A stretch of DNA of 63,387 bases, the filler included, from Chiloscyllium plagiosum (taxonomy: Eukaryota): NCBI RefSeq assembly GCF_004010195.1. It is 3 parts of 3 records of this genome, joined end to end, with 100 filler letters (N's around TTAATTAATTAA, not from the genome) between each part and the next. Parts side by side here need not be neighbours in the genome. Positions count along the whole stretch, not along the records: positions 51,264 to 63,387 come from NC_057724.1; 2 more parts are not named here. One strand, given 5' to 3'. The notes under the pieces are model-generated. The model saw nothing but the letters and a program-made list of their open reading frames with translations, did not search any database and was not told where the DNA came from. Within the stretch, counting starts at the first letter, position 1; every line of letters starts with the position of its first letter. Made by a program: the position numbers and the translations under genes. Shown here one piece after another: positions 60,010-63,387 of this stretch.

Positions 60010-61070
60010 AATGTGGAAAATTGCAAGGTCACCCACTTTGGCAAAAAGAATGAAAAAGTAATTTAATGTTTCAATCGAGAGATTGCAGAACTCAGAGGTG
60101 CAGAGGGATCTGGGTGCCCTGGTACATAGATCACAAAATGTTAGTATATGTGGAAAATATGTGCTTTGGAAGGAGCTCGGATAAGGTTCATTCTATTCAT
60201 TTCTGGAATGGGGATTTTGGCTATGAAGAAAGATTGGGCCTTTATGCACTGGAAGTTAGGAGAATGAGAGGTGATCTTCTTGAATCATATGAGATCCTGT
60301 GGGATTTGATGGTGGATATTGAGAGAATATTTCTTCTTGTGGCCCTAGGCTGTTTTGTTCCCAGTTTTATTTCATGACAATTTTATCACAGCAAATATAC
60401 AACAGACCTACACATGAAGCCTAATACAGCCTCTGATGCAAGATACATCAATTATATGGGCTATGGACTTGGGAGCAGAAGGAGGCCATTTGACCCTTCA
60501 AGCCTGCTTCATCTTTTGGCAAGATTGTAGCCAATCGGTTTATGGTCTCAACTCTGCTTGTCGTCTGCCCATAATAATCCTGGACTTTGTCAACCAAAAA
60601 TCTATCTTATTCTTGAGCAAATTCAATGATTCGGCCTCCACTGCTTTCTGAAGAAGAAAATTCCACAGGTTAACAGGTCTCTCAAAAAACATCCATGTCC
60701 CCATCTTAAACTGTGCCCATGTATTCAATTGTCCCCCCCACAAGAAGAAATATTCTCTCAATATCCACCATCAAATCCCACAGGATCTCATATGATTCAA
60801 GAAGATCACCTCTCATTCTCCTAACTTCCAGTGCATAAAGGCCCAATCTTTCTTCATAGCCAAAATCCCCATTCCAGAAATGAATAGAATGAACCTTATC
60901 CGAGCTCCTTCCAAAGCACATATTTTCCACATATACTAACATTTTGTGATCTATGTACCAGGGCACCCAGATCCCTCTGCACCTCTGAGTTCTGCAATCT
61001 CTCGATTGAAACATTACATTATTTTTTCATTCTTTTTGCCAAAGTGGGTGACCTTGCAATTTTCCACATT
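60010..61070. repeat. 333-bp near-perfect inverted duplication (60010-60342 / 60738-61070)
   Basis: Arms differ at about 2 positions; identical ORF-track translations on opposite strands. Confidence 0.95.
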
Positions 61071-61780
61071 ACACTCCATCTACCGATGTTTGCCCACTCA
61101 CTCAATCTATACCCCTATGCAGACTTTTGACCTTCTTTTGATAATGACACAAATATAGATAGAATAGTAAGTTAAGTTTAACTGCTGCACAAATTGTGCT
61201 CACAGTCCAAGTTATTGATATGGACTATAAATATTTAAAAGGTCCAGCACTGATCCTTCTGGCAATCCACTAGTTACAGCTTGCCATCTTGAAAAAAAGA
61301 TCCATTTATCCCTTCTCTCTGTTTCCTGTTACATATGTTATTGCCTACACTATGTGATCTTACCTTCTGTAGTAATCTTTCACGTGGCACCTTATCAAAT
61401 ATACTACACCGACAGATTCTGCTTTACCATTCTAGCTTGTTATTCCATCAAAAAAAAATTAATTAATTGACTGATTCCCCTTTCAAAACATTTCTAATAT
61501 TCTGCTGTAATATTCATAAGAATTGATCCAGTAATTTCTCCACAACAGATATTAAGCTAAATGACCTCTAGTTGTTGGTTTTTGGTCATCCTCCTTCTTG
61601 AATAAAAAGGTGTTTATGTTTTATTTGCTATCTTTCAATGCATTACCCGCTTCCAGAATAACAAATTTTAAAAGAATATAATTGATACCTCCACTATTCT
61701 CACTTTCATTTCTTTTAAGATGTTTGGATGCAGGCTATCTGGTCCTCGGGACTTGTCATCCCTTCTGCCTAACAGTTTTC
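60450..61780 (-). mobile_element. Old CR1 RT/3' end
   Basis: DDKSRGPDSLHPNILKE, FDKVP, CKVTHFG and VNLWNF remnants. Confidence 0.75.
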
Positions 61781-63105
61781 CCAGCACATAAACACTGAGC
61801 TATCGCTGAAATGTTACGAACTGTTTATTCATGCAGTGAAACAGACAAGAGCATTTGCAGCTGGATTTCAGCATCCTACATCAATGATGCAACCAGCAAA
61901 CACTCCCTGGTGAAATGAAAGTCTGAAATTTACACAATGCTTCTGCCAGAAGGCTTTAAAAATGTATTTTTACTAAATAAGTAATTTGAAAATACAGTAA
62001 TTGTTTTATTTAGAAAAATGCAGTGGTCATTTTCTCTCAGTATGGTCAGAGATGTAAGGTGTACAAAGCTGTGAGGGGCATAGACAAGGCGGGTAGGGAG
62101 AAACCTTTCCCCTGAGTAAATGGGTCACAACCTGCAAACACTGTTTTAAAGGGGAAAAGCAAGAGTTTTAAAGGATATTTTCTCTCAGTATCTGGAAGTC
62201 ACTGCTCAAGAAAGTGTGTTAGAAGCAGCAACCATCAGACATTTTAGTAGTATGTGGATGTGCACTTGAAAGTCTATAGCATTTAAAATTCTGGGCCAAC
62301 TGCTGGCAAATGGAAGAAAAGATGGGCTGAAGGGCCTTTTTCTGCACTGTAAAAAAGTGTATGACTAAAAAGGATTGGAGATCAATGACTCATTAATCTG
62401 AATTTTCAGCGTTGGTTAGAATAGGAATATTGTCAAGACATCCAAAGAGCCCTATTGACCAGCACCTTAAGATTGGACTACACTTCTTATCCATTGTACC
62501 TATCATTAACTGTACTTCACATCAACTACTTGTCTAAAATGGGTTGCTGTGAAGCCCAATGGTTCTTACAACTTGACCATCCAAGATTCAGGGAACTCAC
62601 TTCTTTCTATAGTTCTACCTCTGATGCTTTCATGAATTTCCGTAGATTTTGCAGGAGATTTATTTGGGCACTGTTGCCTACTTAGTAGCTCAATCGGCAT
62701 CAGAAAACTGAGATACTGTACCAACTGGAAAAACAAGCAAAGGTATGGGAACATTGGTTCAAATGAATGCTCACAAGTTCCACTTAGGTGGTTTTGCCAC
62801 AATAAAATGTGGCCAAGTAAAGGATTGCACCACTGCATTGTAACACCCTTCCAACCCTCCTCCACATCACAAAAAAATCCAACTCTGACTTTACAATAGC
62901 TTAATTCATTTAGCAGAATCCTGGCCAAGTGTTGCTGAGGAGCTGACCATCTGGAGCAGATGTGGTCATGTTGGGGAAGGGGGGGGGAGAATGAGTAGAA
63001 ACAATTTTCCTTCAGGTACACCCTACTGGTCCCAATAACAACAAGCATTGCTTACATAAAATCCCAATTTGTGTTTCTGTGGTGGTAATACATTGGTATA
63101 ACACA

Positions 63106-63320
63106 GGAGAAAGTGAGGTCTGCAGATGCTGGAGATCAAAGTTGAAACTTTATTGCTGGAACAGCACAGCAGGTCAGGCAGCATCCAGGGAACAGGAGAT
63201 TCGACGTTTCGGGCACAGGCCCTTCTTCAGGAATGAAGAAGGGCCTGTGCCCGAAACGTTGAATCTCCTGTTCCCTGGATGCTGCCTGACCTGCTGTGCT
63301 GTTCCAGCAATAAAGTTTCA
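63106..63320. mobile_element. Young 215-bp PLE fold-back insertion with 16-bp TSD
   Basis: ACATTGGTATAACACA at 63090-63105 and 63321-63336; palindrome 63141-63322; intact hammerhead at 63199-63234(-). Confidence 0.85.
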
Positions 63321-63387
63321 ACATTGGTATAACACATTCAATCCAGTTTTCCATCCTTCAGAAGAATCGGAGGTGCTGCCTTCTCTA

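Noticed and set aside
62566-63048. 160-aa minus-strand ORF
   Set aside because: No recognisable motif or supported splice structure

Overview
Eukaryotic, repeat-dense DNA, most likely from a shark (HE1-type SINEs, HER1/CR1 LINE tails, and two-exon GPR139-like genes typical of cartilaginous fish). Most ORF-track entries are spurious. The window is not one contiguous locus: two identical 100-bp spacers (N44-TTAATTAATTAA-N44) at 27838-27937 and 51164-51263 join three segments. Segment 1 holds the 3' part of a minus-strand VCAM/ICAM/MAdCAM-like Ig-superfamily gene (three Ig exons plus a TM exon). Upstream of those exons lies a decayed Gmr1-type Gypsy element containing an INCENP retrocopy fused to a Penelope-like 3' end. 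Segment 2 holds three GPR139-like loci (two disabled, one seen only as exon 1), a germline-joined VJ + C1 antigen-receptor-like pseudogene, LTR elements and a long CR1. Segment 3 is mostly non-coding, with nested CR1s, a tRNA-Ser-like/CR1 composite and a near-perfect 333-bp inverted duplication. Across the window, at least three Penelope-like families carry minimal hammerhead ribozyme motifs with covarying stems, often as short TSD-flanked or fold-back insertions. All calls were made by eye; repeat boundaries are approximate.
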